Part shown: piece by piece, positions 28,987 through 41,955 of the stretch
Position numbering within the stretch: the first letter of the stretch is position 1
Layout: every line of letters begins with the position of its first letter
Origin: Lytechinus pictus
Taxonomy: Eukaryota
DNA length: 64,000 bases
Assembly (NCBI RefSeq): GCF_037042905.1
Contig: NC_087251.1
Coordinates: 2,978,001-3,042,000, forward strand
Reading direction: 5' to 3'
Translations under genes and position numbers: made by a program
Notes under the pieces: generated by a model
What the model was told of the DNA's origin: nothing
Database searches by the model: none
What the model saw: the letters and a program-made list of their open reading frames with translations, nothing else

Positions 28987-31733
28987 CATCAGCTACCGTT
29001 TGTCTTTAGATATATTCATCTAAGTTCCCATATGGTATCTCATGTAACTTATATTCATTGTTCCTCCACTGTTATCTTCCAACATGCCTTATATGGGTTT
29101 TGCTTCATTCATACCAAGGTAGAAATTTTATCAGAGCGATTGAAGTTGTAAGGTAGTAGGGACAGAGAGTTGCACAGATTTGATGGTAATTTGACTATTT
29201 AAGTTTACTGGATGAGTAATTACAAGAAAGTCTTCAAATATAAACATTGTACTTATGGCACTGTTTGTCTTTCACTGAAATGCTTCACAAAACAAGTCAT
29301 CAAAGGAATACAATTATATCAAAGCCTTCTCAATTGTTTTTGATATCTTCAGAAAGTCTATATATTTATGTGTTTGATCGAAATATACCACATTTGGTGA
29401 TGTTTCTACAATCATGAATACAATCAAGTTTATTTGTATTGTTTATTAGTAAATTCTATATAAATATCAGTTATTTCTGTTTGTGGGCTCTCATTAATGT
29501 TATATGCATTGCTTCCTGGCTTCAGTGAGGTGGGATCCTTAACCCAAATGGGAAAGTTAACTTGCCATAACAAGAAAAAGGATAAAAGTAGTTATAGAGA
29601 GTATGCATTGGCATTGCTGAAAGTGTTCATTGGGTGTACATTATTTTTACCATTTTCTTTTTCAAAAAGATATGGGGAAAGTAATGAAAGAATGTACTTG
29701 TTATATTACAGTCTGCTATTCCATGCTAAGGCTATCTATTTAGGTAAACACTTTACAGTCCAGCTGCTGACATATCGTTTAATTTTTATTTCTCGACTCA
29801 ATAGTGTTTTGTCCAGTCAGATTGAAAAGTGGAAGTAAACAAATTCTCTGTTGTAATTAATTCTTTAAAAGTATTGGAATTGCTTCCTATTATGATATGA
29901 ATTATTTCTCTTTGTACTTGTCAAACCTATTACAGAGTAAGGTTGATCAATATTTCCAAGATGTAATATATGAGTGTATGACACCAATGTATTGATTGGA
30001 ATGGAATCATTCATAATGTTTGAGAGTAAATACTGAAAAGAATATATATTTGGTTGAAGTGATTTCACAGAGATGAAATAGATCAGAATTTGATTAACAA
30101 GTGCTATAGTGTGCAGTTTGTTGAAGTGTTTACACAATCTATATTTCTCTTGCATTTAACCAATATCCCATCCATATCACAAGTGAATATGGAAGCAATT
30201 CTGAATAATTTACAATCATTTCCCTTAAAATTTTCCCTCATATCTTTTCTTTGACAATGCTGTGTGGTTTGTTTAACCCATTGATGAGTATGCATACATA
30301 CATTGTTAAACATACCCACTATTAGCCAACCAGAAATACAATTTTTGGTAAGTCTGTGATTCAAGGCCTTGGTTATGTCAATCATTGGGTTAAGGCAAAC
30401 AATTGAGACAATTTTTTACATAAAAACTGGTTAATCCAGTCAATTTACAATCTGTAATTGGAAATATAAGAATGTATGGTCTAGCTATAAAAGGAAATAT
30501 TTTAAAATTCCAGGATTTGTTGTGTACTGTAATAAATTTAAGGAAAACAGTTACAATGGTTTTAGAGATGTCATGTGGTTTGTATCTACCATTTGTTACA
30601 GGGAGGTTCTATGTGACAAGGATAGGCTTTCTCCATGTACAATCTTGTTTGGAAATTGATATAGTCTGACAAAATAGTCTGATACAATCTGACAAAATGT
30701 GTAAGGAAACGTATTTGTAGATATGTAAAGTTATAGAGAAGTAAGAAAACATGGTGGTTGAATTTGTATGGCAAAGGAGTAGTTTTTTGTATAGTCATGT
30801 GATGAATGAAATTCAAGTCCTTGAAACATTAAGGAATTATATTATATTGGGACGCATGCACTGTTCATTTTGTATTTTTATCGCAAAGAAAAAATATATA
30901 GGCCCAGATAACTGGCCGAAACATGTAATGTTCTTCGTAAATACAATCACGACTTCATCTCTTTCTAAGAAATATTCATGTTAAAATTTTCACTCTTATG
31001 ATAAATGATGATAATGATGATAATAATTAAACTTTGAAGTTTGATAAGTTATAAGTACAATGCCTATCTATGTTTCATCATTCCTGAATGTTTAACTGCA
31101 TTGATGTAGAATAGATTACCAGAGAAATGGACATTATATGTACTTGTAAATAGACATTTATTTCATCAAAATTATTACATAACAAAAATAAACACATTTG
31201 CTAATAACTTTTCACATATTTTACAATATAATCTACAGCACAGTAGGTAACATTTTCAAGAAGATAGAACTGGGGGATATCATGAAGCTGTTCATGAATT
31301 AAAAAACTTCTGGCAAGCTTAAGACATCAATTTTGAATTACATCGGCTTGATGTGAAGACACATTAACAGTACAGTTTCAGTAATAAAAATTTAATTTTA
31401 ACTATTGTCACATTTCATTCAAACAGCATGGATACCTGCAGATATTTAGCACTTAATACTCCCATCAATAGAGCTAGACATGTAACTTTATGAACTGCTT
31501 CATGAAAGAGCCTTCAGGATTATATTTCCTATACCTACAATGGCTCATAGAATCAGAGAAGCAGTTTATGAAACAAATGGTGATTTTCATGGACTATTTG
31601 TGTTATAAGCTACCAAAATCCTTGCATCCGATTGGCTCAGAGCAAATTAGTCATTGAAAATCACAATTTGTTTATAATAATAATGTTTGATGGAACACTC
31701 CCCATTACCAGTCAATCTCTTTCCCATAGAGAT

Positions 31734-31885
31734 CAGGGTTTCATTTCATTAAAAAGTTGCTGATAGCAACTCTTGCTGGAATGTCAACTGTCATTGGAAG
31801 AGCCAAGCAGAATTTTCATTGTTATGGTAGTTGACATTCCATCAAGAGTTGCTATCATATAAACTTTTTATGAAATAGGGCCCGG
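31734..31885. mobile_element. Short foldback MITE between the convergent gene ends
   Basis: TGATAGCAACTCTTGCTGGAATGTCAACT pairs with AGTTGACATTCCATCAAGAGTTGCTATCA. The TTTCAT/ATGAAA termini resemble elements at about 31271-31517 and 34936-35099. Confidence 0.7.
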
Positions 31886-32699
31886 TGTTTTTCAGCCAAC
31901 TAAAACCAATAAGTCCACTGAAATTGTCATCTGACAATTTTCACTGAACTGATTTTAATTTATGATGTAACAAGAATTGTATGATGCACAAATTCAGACA
32001 AATTCTGGAAGCATGTAATGCATATTGATTAGCATAAGTGAGGCAATTTTTAATTTTGTCTCACCATGTCTGAATGCTATGAGAATGCTGCTTGGCATTG
32101 TTTTACCAGAGGTGAATGATGTTTTATTGTACAGCTGACCTATACTAGAATACAAGTTAAAAGCATTCACTCTAAATATAAAATGAAATATTTCACCTGG
32201 GTTTAGAATTAAAAGCAATATCATGGGGATAAAAACATTCCTATATTGTTGCATCATTAGACTTAAAAAACAGAAAGCATTGGAATTGAAGTTGGACCCC
32301 TTTGCAGAAAGATAAAATGCATACTTCTGATTTTAATATCAAGTTGTTTAATGTGTTGATTTGCACTTATTCACCACTTTCTGCAATAGTCCCCTATTGG
32401 CATAACTTAAAAAATTAGAATTCATCCATAGCACGAAGATTATGTGAGAGAAGGGATTCGGGATGCATGTTAAATTTATGAGCCAAGTCAGCAAACAAAA
32501 CCAAAGGATTAGGAAACTTGAAATACTAGGGGCAATTCCTGAATCTAGTATCTTACTATAAATCTAGAATTTTCAAGAAAAGGGTAGGTCATTCAGTCTG
32601 GGCGAGCTTATTTCTAATTGATGTCTGTGTGAATGATGGGTACAGTCCGCTGATCAGATAAGGTATAATGTTCATAATAAATTAATTATTCCAACATAT

Positions 32700-34497
32700 T
32701 CATTCCTTCTTGCCTGTCTTTTCCTTTTTCTTCTTCTTTCCTTTCTTTCTTTTCTTGACCACTTTGTCAATATGGAAGCCATCTCGTTTGTCATAGGTCA
32801 GTACACTGCCATTATTCAGCTTGACACCATACAGCATAGCACTTACTGCAAGATCGAACTCCCAAGATTCCTTAGAGATAGAACAAGGTACTTCAGACAT
32901 GGCCATCATGAGTATCATACAGCGTAGTAGCGTTGAAGCAGGATCTAGTGGGCTAGTGGGGGTTACGATTTTGCTGGCTGTGTTTGAGGATACTGGAGTA
33001 GAGTTTGAAGTTCCTGATTGCTCTTTCGGCTGATGACAGGCATTTGGCATATTCTGAAAGAAACAAAATGTAATATGGGATGAGCATGACTTAATTAAGA
33101 CAAAGCTGAACCATAACATTGATATCCACACACTACATCCATAGTATTAAATGATCCAAGTGATTTAGGGAGTGGGATACCATAAGCTTTACAGATATGA
33201 CAAGCTCCTTCCAATTAATCAAATTTAACATGTACAGGTAGGATGGGGGATCGGGTGTCCGGACACTTTATATTTTTGAAGCCTTCTTTTTTGTCTTAAG
33301 ATTACACTAAAAATATGAATTCAATAGTTGTAATCATCTTCTATTTTGTTCTCTATAATATTTTCTAAAATTTTGTACTAAAATTTGATGAAACTTCGCT
33401 TGTAATTTTTTCCAAATGACTTTCTAAAATTGATCGTCCGGACACACAACCTGTCCGGACACACAACAACTGGGTATACCGGTAAGGGAGAATCTTTTAG
33501 ACAAATTGGAAGGTCCCTGATAAAGAGGGTGGCTATGTCTGCACATCTAAATTTTGAATTAAAATCAAACAATCCCTTTGATATTCCATAAAGGCTCAAT
33601 TTTTCCAGATATTCAGAATAATTGTGCCCTATAATTATTAAGTCAACAAAAGAGCCCTTAATATTTAATAAATGAAATTAGTTTCAGCCATTGTCTTGCT
33701 GATCAACTTACATTATCATTGCAGGAGTATGATGATCCTAATGAGGGAACTAAGAATGTTGTTGCCCCAGAGGTAGATTTGGACCTCTTTGGTGGATCAG
33801 GAGACATCAATTGTGTTGCTGCAAGTCTAACTGACTTGGATCTAGCTGTTCCCGGAATTGTTCCTCTGACAAGTGCTGGTAATGTTACGGCTGAAGGAGT
33901 CACAACTTTTTCTTTATTTTGAAGACATGCTGACTGTGGAACTGTTGCAAATAGTGTATTTTGCGGAATGAGAGGAACAGCAAGTTGAGGCAAACTGGTA
34001 AAAACAGGTGAAGCGGGACCAGGACCATTCTTGGTTGTGATGGTGAAAACTGGCAAACCTCCAACAGGTGGCATTATACTCTGGATCGGAGCCGAGATCA
34101 CTGGTGGTAGACGTGTTGTTCCTGCTGCATTGTTGTCTTCATCCTTCTTTTTTAATTCTCGTTTGGGTGCTAAAGGTATTTTCTTAACGCACTTGGAAGA
34201 CTCTTCTGCTCTGCTCTTCATTGCCTTTATTTCTTCCTCCTCTTGCGCAAGCTTTTTCAGTCTTGAACGTTTGTTCTGAAACCAAATGTTAACAAAGTGA
34301 GAAGACATCTCGATCTCCCGTGCAAGTTCTTCTTTCCTATCCCTTCCCGGCCATTGCTCCTGTTTGTAAAGCTCTTCAAGCTTAATCAATTGTTCCGGGG
34401 TAATGATAGTTCTTTTCCTTCTTTTACGTTTCAACATTCCAAACTTTCCTTCAGTTTCTGGTTCAGTTGCAGATGCATCAGATGACACGGTATCCAT
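32700..34497 (-). CDS. Divergent Q50 homeodomain protein (PRD-class-like), 2 coding exons, about 379 aa
   Basis: Exon 1 is 34497-33712 (ACC ATG G context, ends AAT|gtaagt). Exon 2 is 33053-32700 (tttcag|AAT...TGA), phase 0. Homeodomain KRRKRTIITPEQLIKLEELYKQEQWPGRDRKEELAREIEMSSHFVNIWFQNKRSRLKK, Pro/Thr-rich middle, Lys-rich C-terminus. Confidence 0.9.
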
Positions 34498-34519
34498 GGT
34501 TGATTTGTTTGCAGCCTCG

Positions 34520-34700
34520 CCAATTTAGCCGTTTGCCAGTTTGCCTATTAATTATTTTGCATTCAAAATCAAATACAACAACATCACGATCGCGCATTGC
34601 GAATCATACATATTACGCGGTGCATGCATGTACGCGTCAATGGTCATGGGCAACTACAGAACTAGGCGCGTCTTAAGTTTTAGACCAATCAGAACGCAGA
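34520..34700 (-). promoter_or_regulatory. Probable proximal promoter / 5' UTR of the homeobox gene
   Basis: Locally CpG-richer sequence and a GACCAATCAGA CCAAT box at about 34683-34693, upstream of the ATG. The transcription start cannot be determined. Confidence 0.4.
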
Positions 34701-34935
34701 ATTTTAATTGATTGATTTGACTGGCAGGTTCTTCTCAAATCGCGATACGTATTCGTGTTGGACCATAGAGTTGGATAAAGCGTATCCAACTCTATGTGTA
34801 GGAACAGTAGGACATAGTTGCAACCAAAGACAGTAGAGCGCAGCTTCGCTAGATAGCCTAAAATCTTTGGATGCAAGCCCATGCAAGTCTGTTTTAGCGG
34901 ATTTGTTATAATTTTTCGATCCCTTTTTAGAAGCC

Positions 34936-35099
34936 CAAGGGAGCGTTTCATCAAAGGACTTATCAGCCTTTTTATCTGACAAGTCCTGTTTTATCCTACA
35001 GTTACCATAGTAACAGTGCTTCTCAGCCAATCAGAAGCAAGGAAATTTGTCAGATCTGACAACTTTTCGGATGAAAATATTGATGAAACTCTTCCCTAG
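34936..35099. mobile_element. MITE upstream of the homeobox gene carrying X-box and CCAAT motifs
   Basis: Termini AGGGAGCGTTTCATCAA / TTGATGAAACTCTTCCCT. Internal GTTACCATAGTAAC (35001-35014) and AGCCAATCAG. Confidence 0.65.
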
Positions 35100-35239
35100 T
35101 TTGGGGAGGAGGGGGGAGGGTGCTTGGGGTGACTGCCCACTCCCCCCAAAAAAAAATCACGACCAAGAACAAAAGAGAATAGGAAAGAGGGAAGGGTGAA
35201 ATATGCTATTGTTTTTTTATATTAGCCTATGTCAAAATC

Positions 35240-35920
35240 TTTTATTTATTCACGTTTTATTTTAATAGGGTAGCTGTTTCAGTTATGATTTACAAAGGGG
35301 CCCTGCAGCACAATAAAAACAACACAAATTTTATATTACAACATATACATTAAATATATAATAAAAGGTATTAGGTACTAGGTTTGAAGACAGACATTTT
35401 CCCTCCTTCGTTATGTGCCTTTTCTTGTTTTTCTCGTAATTTTTTGCTCTTTTCCAAGCGCCTTGAGCATTGAATCAAAATGGAAAATACGCTATATAGA
35501 TTCTATGTATTATTGTTATTAAATGGAATGAAAAAAAAAGAAAAAGATTTCAAAAAGAAAAAAAAAGACCCTCCAAACAATTACAAAATGAACGAATAAA
35601 ACCAAGATTACAAAAGAATTAAGGATTAAGGCGATTGACGGAAGCATGGATTTTGCACTTTGATTTGAACGATTGTAAGGATGTGGCGTTTCTAACAGAA
35701 AGAGGGAGTTTGTTCCATATAGAACCGTGATATTGAAAAGATCTTTTCATGTATTGAGTTTTAGGTTTGGGTATAAAGGAGATTGGAGCATATCGTGTAG
35801 GTATCTGAGGGGTTCTGAATACTACTAACTTTTAAGATACTCAGGGGCGAGCCCGTTAACTACATTGTACATACATACTCAAAATTTGTACTCGACTCGT
35901 TGTATAAACGAGATTGGATT
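35240..35920 (-). mobile_element. 5'-truncated CR1/L2-clade LINE remnant
   Basis: Minus translation MYNVVNGLAPEYL...FIPKPKTQYMKRSFQYHGSIWNKLPLSVRNATSLQSFKSKCK is a typical ORF2 C-terminus, with stops upstream. AATAAA-rich tail at about 35240. Confidence 0.75.
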
Positions 35921-36345
35921 TTGTAATAAAAATGTCTATTTTTGTTTGCTCACTTTGCTCGCTCGCCACTTGTTTTTTAATTAATGCCTGATACGTCACA
36001 TCTGGCCCCCTCGAAATGTTTGGCTCATTAATTATGCCATGGGGGTCGGTGGCCTATACTTGCGATCGATTTTATCTAGACAACCCCGAAACTAGTGTAA
36101 ACCTTGTTGTGTCATTATTTTAAAAAGAATTATAAGAATACTTTCGGGTATCTTTTTTCTATTGTTATATTATGTATGCATTTCATATTTTACGATATTT
36201 ATCTATGCTTATCTATGGAAATTTGTAATATATAATGCTATTTTTTATATTGAGCTATTGATGTTTGATAGTGTGAAATGTTGATATGAATAAACCTTGA
36301 ACCTAACACCTATGAGAAAACTGGTAATACAGCTCGTCAAAGAAG

Positions 36346-38507
36346 CATAGGCGGATCCAGGCCCCCCCCCCCCCCTATTGGCGGAGCAAAATAAAGAAAA
36401 AGGGGGAAAGAAAGAAAAAAAAGAAAAAGAGGAAAAAAAAAGAAAAAGAGGGGAAAAAGAAGGGGAAACATAAGAGGACGAAGACGATTGAATGAAATAA
36501 GATGAGGGAAGACTTGGAAAATAATCTTTTAAAAAATCTTTCATGTAAAATTTTCGCTCGCGCTTCGCGCTCGCATTGCCTTTTAGGTAATTTACATATC
36601 TTGCTCAATATGGAGCTTAAAATATCAAATTTTGAACTCAATATACAAAACATATTTCAGCTCGGAATTCGAACTTTCATTATTTTGTTTGATTTACAAA
36701 TTGATTTTTAAAAAGTGGTCTGAATATAAACATTTTCTGCTCGCGCTGCGTGCTCGCAAAATTTGATTTGTCAGGTAGCTATTATTTTCGTGTCTTCCAT
36801 AAAGTTTTCAAAATATCCATTTTCATGTCTAATTGTCAAAACGTATCACGCTCGCATTTTGATTGGCGAGTTATGTATGTCTCAGTATTGATTACACAAC
36901 AAACCCCTTTTCATGACAGTTTATCAAAAATTTTGGCTCGCGATTGCGCTCGCATTAATGATTAAATATATTAACTGATGCATCCTATTTATAATTACAA
37001 AAGTGCTTGGAATGTCCAGTTTTCAGGCCATAATGTCATCAGATTTCGCGCCCTCATTAGCATTAATGAATAAGATATTAATTTCAAAATCAAATTGTCC
37101 CTTTTGTTTCATCTCGCGCTTAGCAAGAGGAATAGGAAGATAGTCGGACTATTTTCACATGCATGTCCTAAGGATGTCCCGGTCCTATGTTCAAACTCAA
37201 AGTAATAATAATAAAAAATATCAGCTCTTTATTAAGTGTGATCCATATCAACCTCACAATTTTCCTACAAAGTGCTTGAAATATAGAGCTGAAATTGACC
37301 CTTTTTTCAGATCGGAATATCAAATAGTTTAAGCTCGCGCTTCGCGCTCGCTTTGATTTTTATTATAAGAGATGTATTTAGAATGCCTAAATTCTAGGTC
37401 TAAATATGAAACACGCGCGCGCATGTTTATTCAAATACTCAACTTGTTCTCTATTTAAATCATTATCCAGTTTCAGATCACAATATCAAAAATTTTCTGC
37501 TCGCGCTTTGTGCTCGCATTATTAATGTAGGAAGATTCCCCATTACTCATTATTTTCATGATTTACAAAACATGAATAGAGTGTCCACTTTTTAGGTCTA
37601 AATCTCGAATTTTTTTTTCCGCTCGTGCTTCGCGCTCGCAGCAATTGTTTAGTTATATACCTATCTCGTTTACGATTACAAAAATTGATTAAAATTTTAC
37701 ATTCTTATGTAGAAATGTCAAAAATTTTCAGCTCGCGCTTCGCGCTCGCATGATTTGATTGTTGAAATATGTAACGTCTTCATGGCTAAGTGCAAACAGT
37801 CCTTAACAGGTACCTTTACGATCATTTCAAAGCGTATTTAAAAGTTTTCTGCTCGCGCTCTGCGCTTGCATTATTAATGTAAGGAAGATCCCCACTTACT
37901 CATCCTTTTCATGATTTACAAAACATGAATTGTCTCATTCAGTAGGTCTAAATCTCGAAATTTTCCGCTTGCGCTTCGCGCTCGCATCGATTGTTTAGTT
38001 ATATACTTATTCTGTTTAAGTAACAAAAAGTGCCAAGAATTTCCATTCCTTAGGTAAAAATGTAAAAAATATTCAGCTCGCGCTTCGCGCTCGCATTATT
38101 TGATTTGTAAAATATGTAACGTCTTCATGCATTGCTAACTGCAAGCAGTCTTAAACAGGTACCTTTTCCATCAGTTTATTTCTGCTCGCGCTTCACGTTC
38201 TTAGTAATTATTCATTTGCATACACATCTTTTTCAGGATAACAAACATTGCCCAGAATGCTCAAGATTTTAGGAAAAATATACATAAGATTTTTAAAAAA
38301 ATAAGCTCGCGCTTCGCGCTCGCATTATATAACTAAGGATTATGATATTATATATTCATGTTTATTCATAAGAATAAAGCTAAGAAGTGACTATTAGAAC
38401 TACCCCTTCAAAGAAACCAAAAATCATCTTCGAGCGGCCGAGGGGAGAAAATATGGCTGAAAAAAAATTCCGGGCCCCCCTATTGGCGAAGGCTGGATCC
38501 GCCCCTG
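36346..38507. mobile_element. 2.16-kb non-autonomous DNA element with TIRs, 6-bp TSD and internal periodic repeats
   Basis: AAGAAG|CATAGGCGGATCCAG ... CTGGATCCGCCCCTG|AAGAAG. About 15 copies of GCTCGCGCTTCGCGCTCGC, some degenerate. Confidence 0.85.
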
Positions 38508-39302
38508 AAGAAGTCCATATTCGCAGTGAAATTAATACAAGTTTCGGCGAAAAGCACTGGCGTACAGATGGTGGTCTTATGGAGCCATGGATCCCCTCCC
38601 CCAAAAAATCACGATCAAGAAAAAAAAAGAGGAAAGGAAGAAAAAGATAGGAAAAGGCGTTTAGTATGTTATTTTATGAATATGTGAAAATCTATTACAA
38701 AAATCAGATTTTGATTTAAAAAAATAATCATTGCCCTATTCGCCATGTCATGCCCCTCAAAACTTTTTGTTTATTACGTCACTGGCGAAAGGATAGGCCT
38801 ACCTTAAACGAAATTTGACAAACTCAGAAAGAATCTTAGAAATGTTTTTAGATTAAAAAAACTAAATTCTGCACTGATCTCGAACAGAAAGTAATTTTGA
38901 ACTGGCGACACTTGCAGAAACTTTTCCAAACCTACATTTTTTCATTTCCTCTCCCTCCCTCGTTCAATACGTTTCTCATCCTCTTTCCTATTACATCACT
39001 CTTAATGTAGCTCCCATTTCACAAATAACTTTAAATTTACCCCGATATACTATATCAGACGTGATAGTATAATTTTACTTATTGTTATTTTGCCATGAAA
39101 AAACGTTTGTTGTATACCATAATTTTGTCATAAACTACTAGAATAATAACTCGACAAGAATAGTGTGTAAATTGTAACGAAAATAGTTTATTTGAGATTA
39201 CTAATTTGTCATGAACCTTTAACATGAAAATAACCCCGCTCAAAAACATTCCCCCTTTATATTTCCTCTATCTCCCATACCAAAAAAATGACGAGCACTG
39301 AA

Positions 39303-40395
39303 TTATTTATGAATATTACATAACTTATGTAGGTTCGAATCAGTGATAGGTCAATACGCCATCACGTGATCATAGCTGCGAGGATCGCATAATTTGGTAT
39401 ATTACATAGGTTATGTAGATTCGAATCAGTGATAAGTCAATACGCCAACACGTGACCATAGCTGCGAGGATCGCATTTGTTATATTCTAGGTTTTGACGT
39501 CACCTCAGTGAATATAACTGCGTTGTATTGTCAATTGCAGCGTTATATTCACTAAGGTGACGTCACTCGCTGCTTACAAGTTGCGTAATCAGGTAGTTTG
39601 AACGCGTCGATTGCATGAAGAACGCGCTTGATGCATTTTAAAAATATTTTCTATTATGACGTAGATGGATCAGAGCTGTAGCAAGAATTTCGGGTTGGAG
39701 CTGGATGATGAATGCAATCTCTGATGGCGAATCCACATAGACTATAATTATTAATATCTGTTATATTATATTATAATATAACAGATATTGCCTGGTCTAT
39801 CGCTTTAATAAATAACATTTCAACTCCCCTCCGAATTTATATTTTTCCCTCGGGAGAATATTTTCCCTCAGTGCTGCGCGCTTCGGGCAAAATATAATCC
39901 CTTGGGAAAAATATAACTCAGTCGGGGAGAGGAAATGTTATATTCAAACTCTAGGTAGGCAATATCTGTATAATATTCGAGGTTTTTACGTCACCTCAGT
40001 GAATATAACTGCGTTGTATTTTCAATTGCGGCGTTATATTCACTAAGGTGACGTCACTCGCTGCTTACAAGTTGCGTAATCATGTAGTCTATTTGATGTA
40101 CGCACTATAGTGTTAATGCGTCGATTGCATGAAGAACGCGCTTGATGTATTTTCCATTTTTTTTCTATTATGACGTAGACGGATCAGAGCTGTAGCAAGA
40201 ATTTCGGGTTGGGGCCAGATGATGAAGGCAATCTCTGATGGCGAATCCATATAGACTATATAATATAACAAATATTGCCTGGTCTATCGTTTTAATAAAT
40301 AACATTTCAACTTCCCTCCGAAGCTATATTTTGCCTCAGCGCTGCGCGCTTCGGGCAAAATATAATCCCTTGGGAAAAATATAACTCCGTCGGCA
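39303..40395. repeat. Tandemly duplicated palindrome-rich element (about 490-bp units) plus a short tandem duplication
   Basis: 39487-39975 recurs at 39977-40395. Each unit has the palindrome TGACGTCACCTCAGTGAATATAAC...GTTATATTCACTAAGGTGACGTCA. 39320-39390 recurs at about 39410-39475. Confidence 0.8.
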
Positions 40396-40400
40396 AGATT

Positions 40401-41955
40401 TGCGTTTATCCGCCACTTTTTTACCCTATAATCATGATTCGAATCATGATTCAAATCATGATTCTGCAGAATCACGATTGCGTTTATTGAATATAATCAT
40501 GATTAGAATCACAAACATGAAACACGAAAAAAGGGGCGTTTGGAAAGACGTTTCTGCAGAATCACGTACGAAAATGTTCGAATAAACGATATCGTGATTT
40601 GAATCATGATTATATGACCTCACTGTGTCGGGCTACGGCTTTCGGTTTGACTCTTGCCAAGCTCAAGGCTCTCCATGTGCTCATTGTATGTACATGATTA
40701 CTCTGCATGCATTTCTTGTCATGTTCAAATTCTGTGTTGGTCTTCGCATCGTCCACTACTTTTCATTTTTTGGTCATGTCTTCAACTTCAAGTTCTAGTA
40801 AATGAATTAACTGGACAGACAATGATCTCAGTTGTTGTTGAGTATAGAGTGTCAATATTAAATTGGATCTACGCTGAAATTCACTTCCGAACACCATTTT
40901 GGATTAACTAACAAGATGAATAGAAGCATATGGACCCTATATGATAGAAGTAAACTTAGGTTGAATTCTGGAAGCAAAATATTTTTCGAGAGCCGAAACA
41001 CGTGCGAAAAACTTCCTCTGTCAAACTGCGCACTAGTGATGCGCACTGGATTGGCCCGAATCTGAGGAGAAACAGCATTGGAATGAAGGTCGTCTAAACG
41101 CTGATTCTGTGATATCGTGATTCATGTTTGTGTTTTGAATCATGATTGATGATTCAAAACACAAACATGAAGAGTCAAACCGAAAGTAGCCCGACACAGT
41201 GAGGTCATATAATCATGATTCAAATCACGATATCGTTTAGGGTGCGTTTATCCGCCACTTTTTTACCCTATAATCATGATTCCAATCATGATTCAAATCA
41301 CGATTCTGCAGAATCACGATTGCGTTTAGTCGAAATTGAATATAATCATGATTAGAATCACAAACATGAACTACGAAAAAAAGGGCGTTTGGAAAGACGT
41401 TTCTGCAGAATCACGTACGAAAATGTTCGGATAAACGATATCGTGATTTGAATCATGATTATATGACGTCATTGTGTCGAGCTATTTCCGGTTCTTGCCA
41501 AGGCGCGCGCCCCACGTTGTCACATCACATGTACGTCGCCGACCTCCAATTAAGTGTCCAACGTTGACCTATACTTCCTGGGTCAAACTGCGCACTGTGA
41601 TGCGCACTGGATCGGTCCGAATCCGAGGAGAAACAGCGTTGGAACGAAGGTCGTCTAAACCCTGATTCTGTAGTAATTGTGATTCATGTTTGTGATTTGA
41701 ATCATGATTCCAATCATGATTCAAATCACGATTCTGGCTTGAGGTCGGATAAACGCAGCCTTATTCGAACATTTTCGTACGTGATTCTGCAGAAACGTCT
41801 TTCCAAACGCCCCTTTTTTCGTGTTTCATGTTTGTGATTCTAATCATGATTATATTCAATTTCGACTAAACGCAATCGTGATTCTGCAGAATCATGATTT
41901 GAATCATGATTCAGATCATGATTCTAGGGTGAAAAAGTGGCGGATAAACGCACCC
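40401..41955. mobile_element. Cluster of three same-family PIF/Harbinger-like MITEs, one nested with a TTA TSD (41240-41760)
   Basis: TTA|GGGTGCGTTTATCCG ... CGGATAAACGCAGCC|TTA at 41240-41760 interrupts an inverted copy (about 41166-41955). A forward copy starts at 40401. Rich in AATCATGATT palindromes. Confidence 0.85.

Noticed and set aside
33719..34676. Plus-strand ORFs over the homeobox exon
   Set aside because: Antisense shadows of the real coding exon.
36550..38325. CRISPR-like repeat-spacer array
   Set aside because: Eukaryotic context, 19-bp motif, long irregular spacers that are partly duplicated, no cas genes, and enclosed by TIRs and a TSD.
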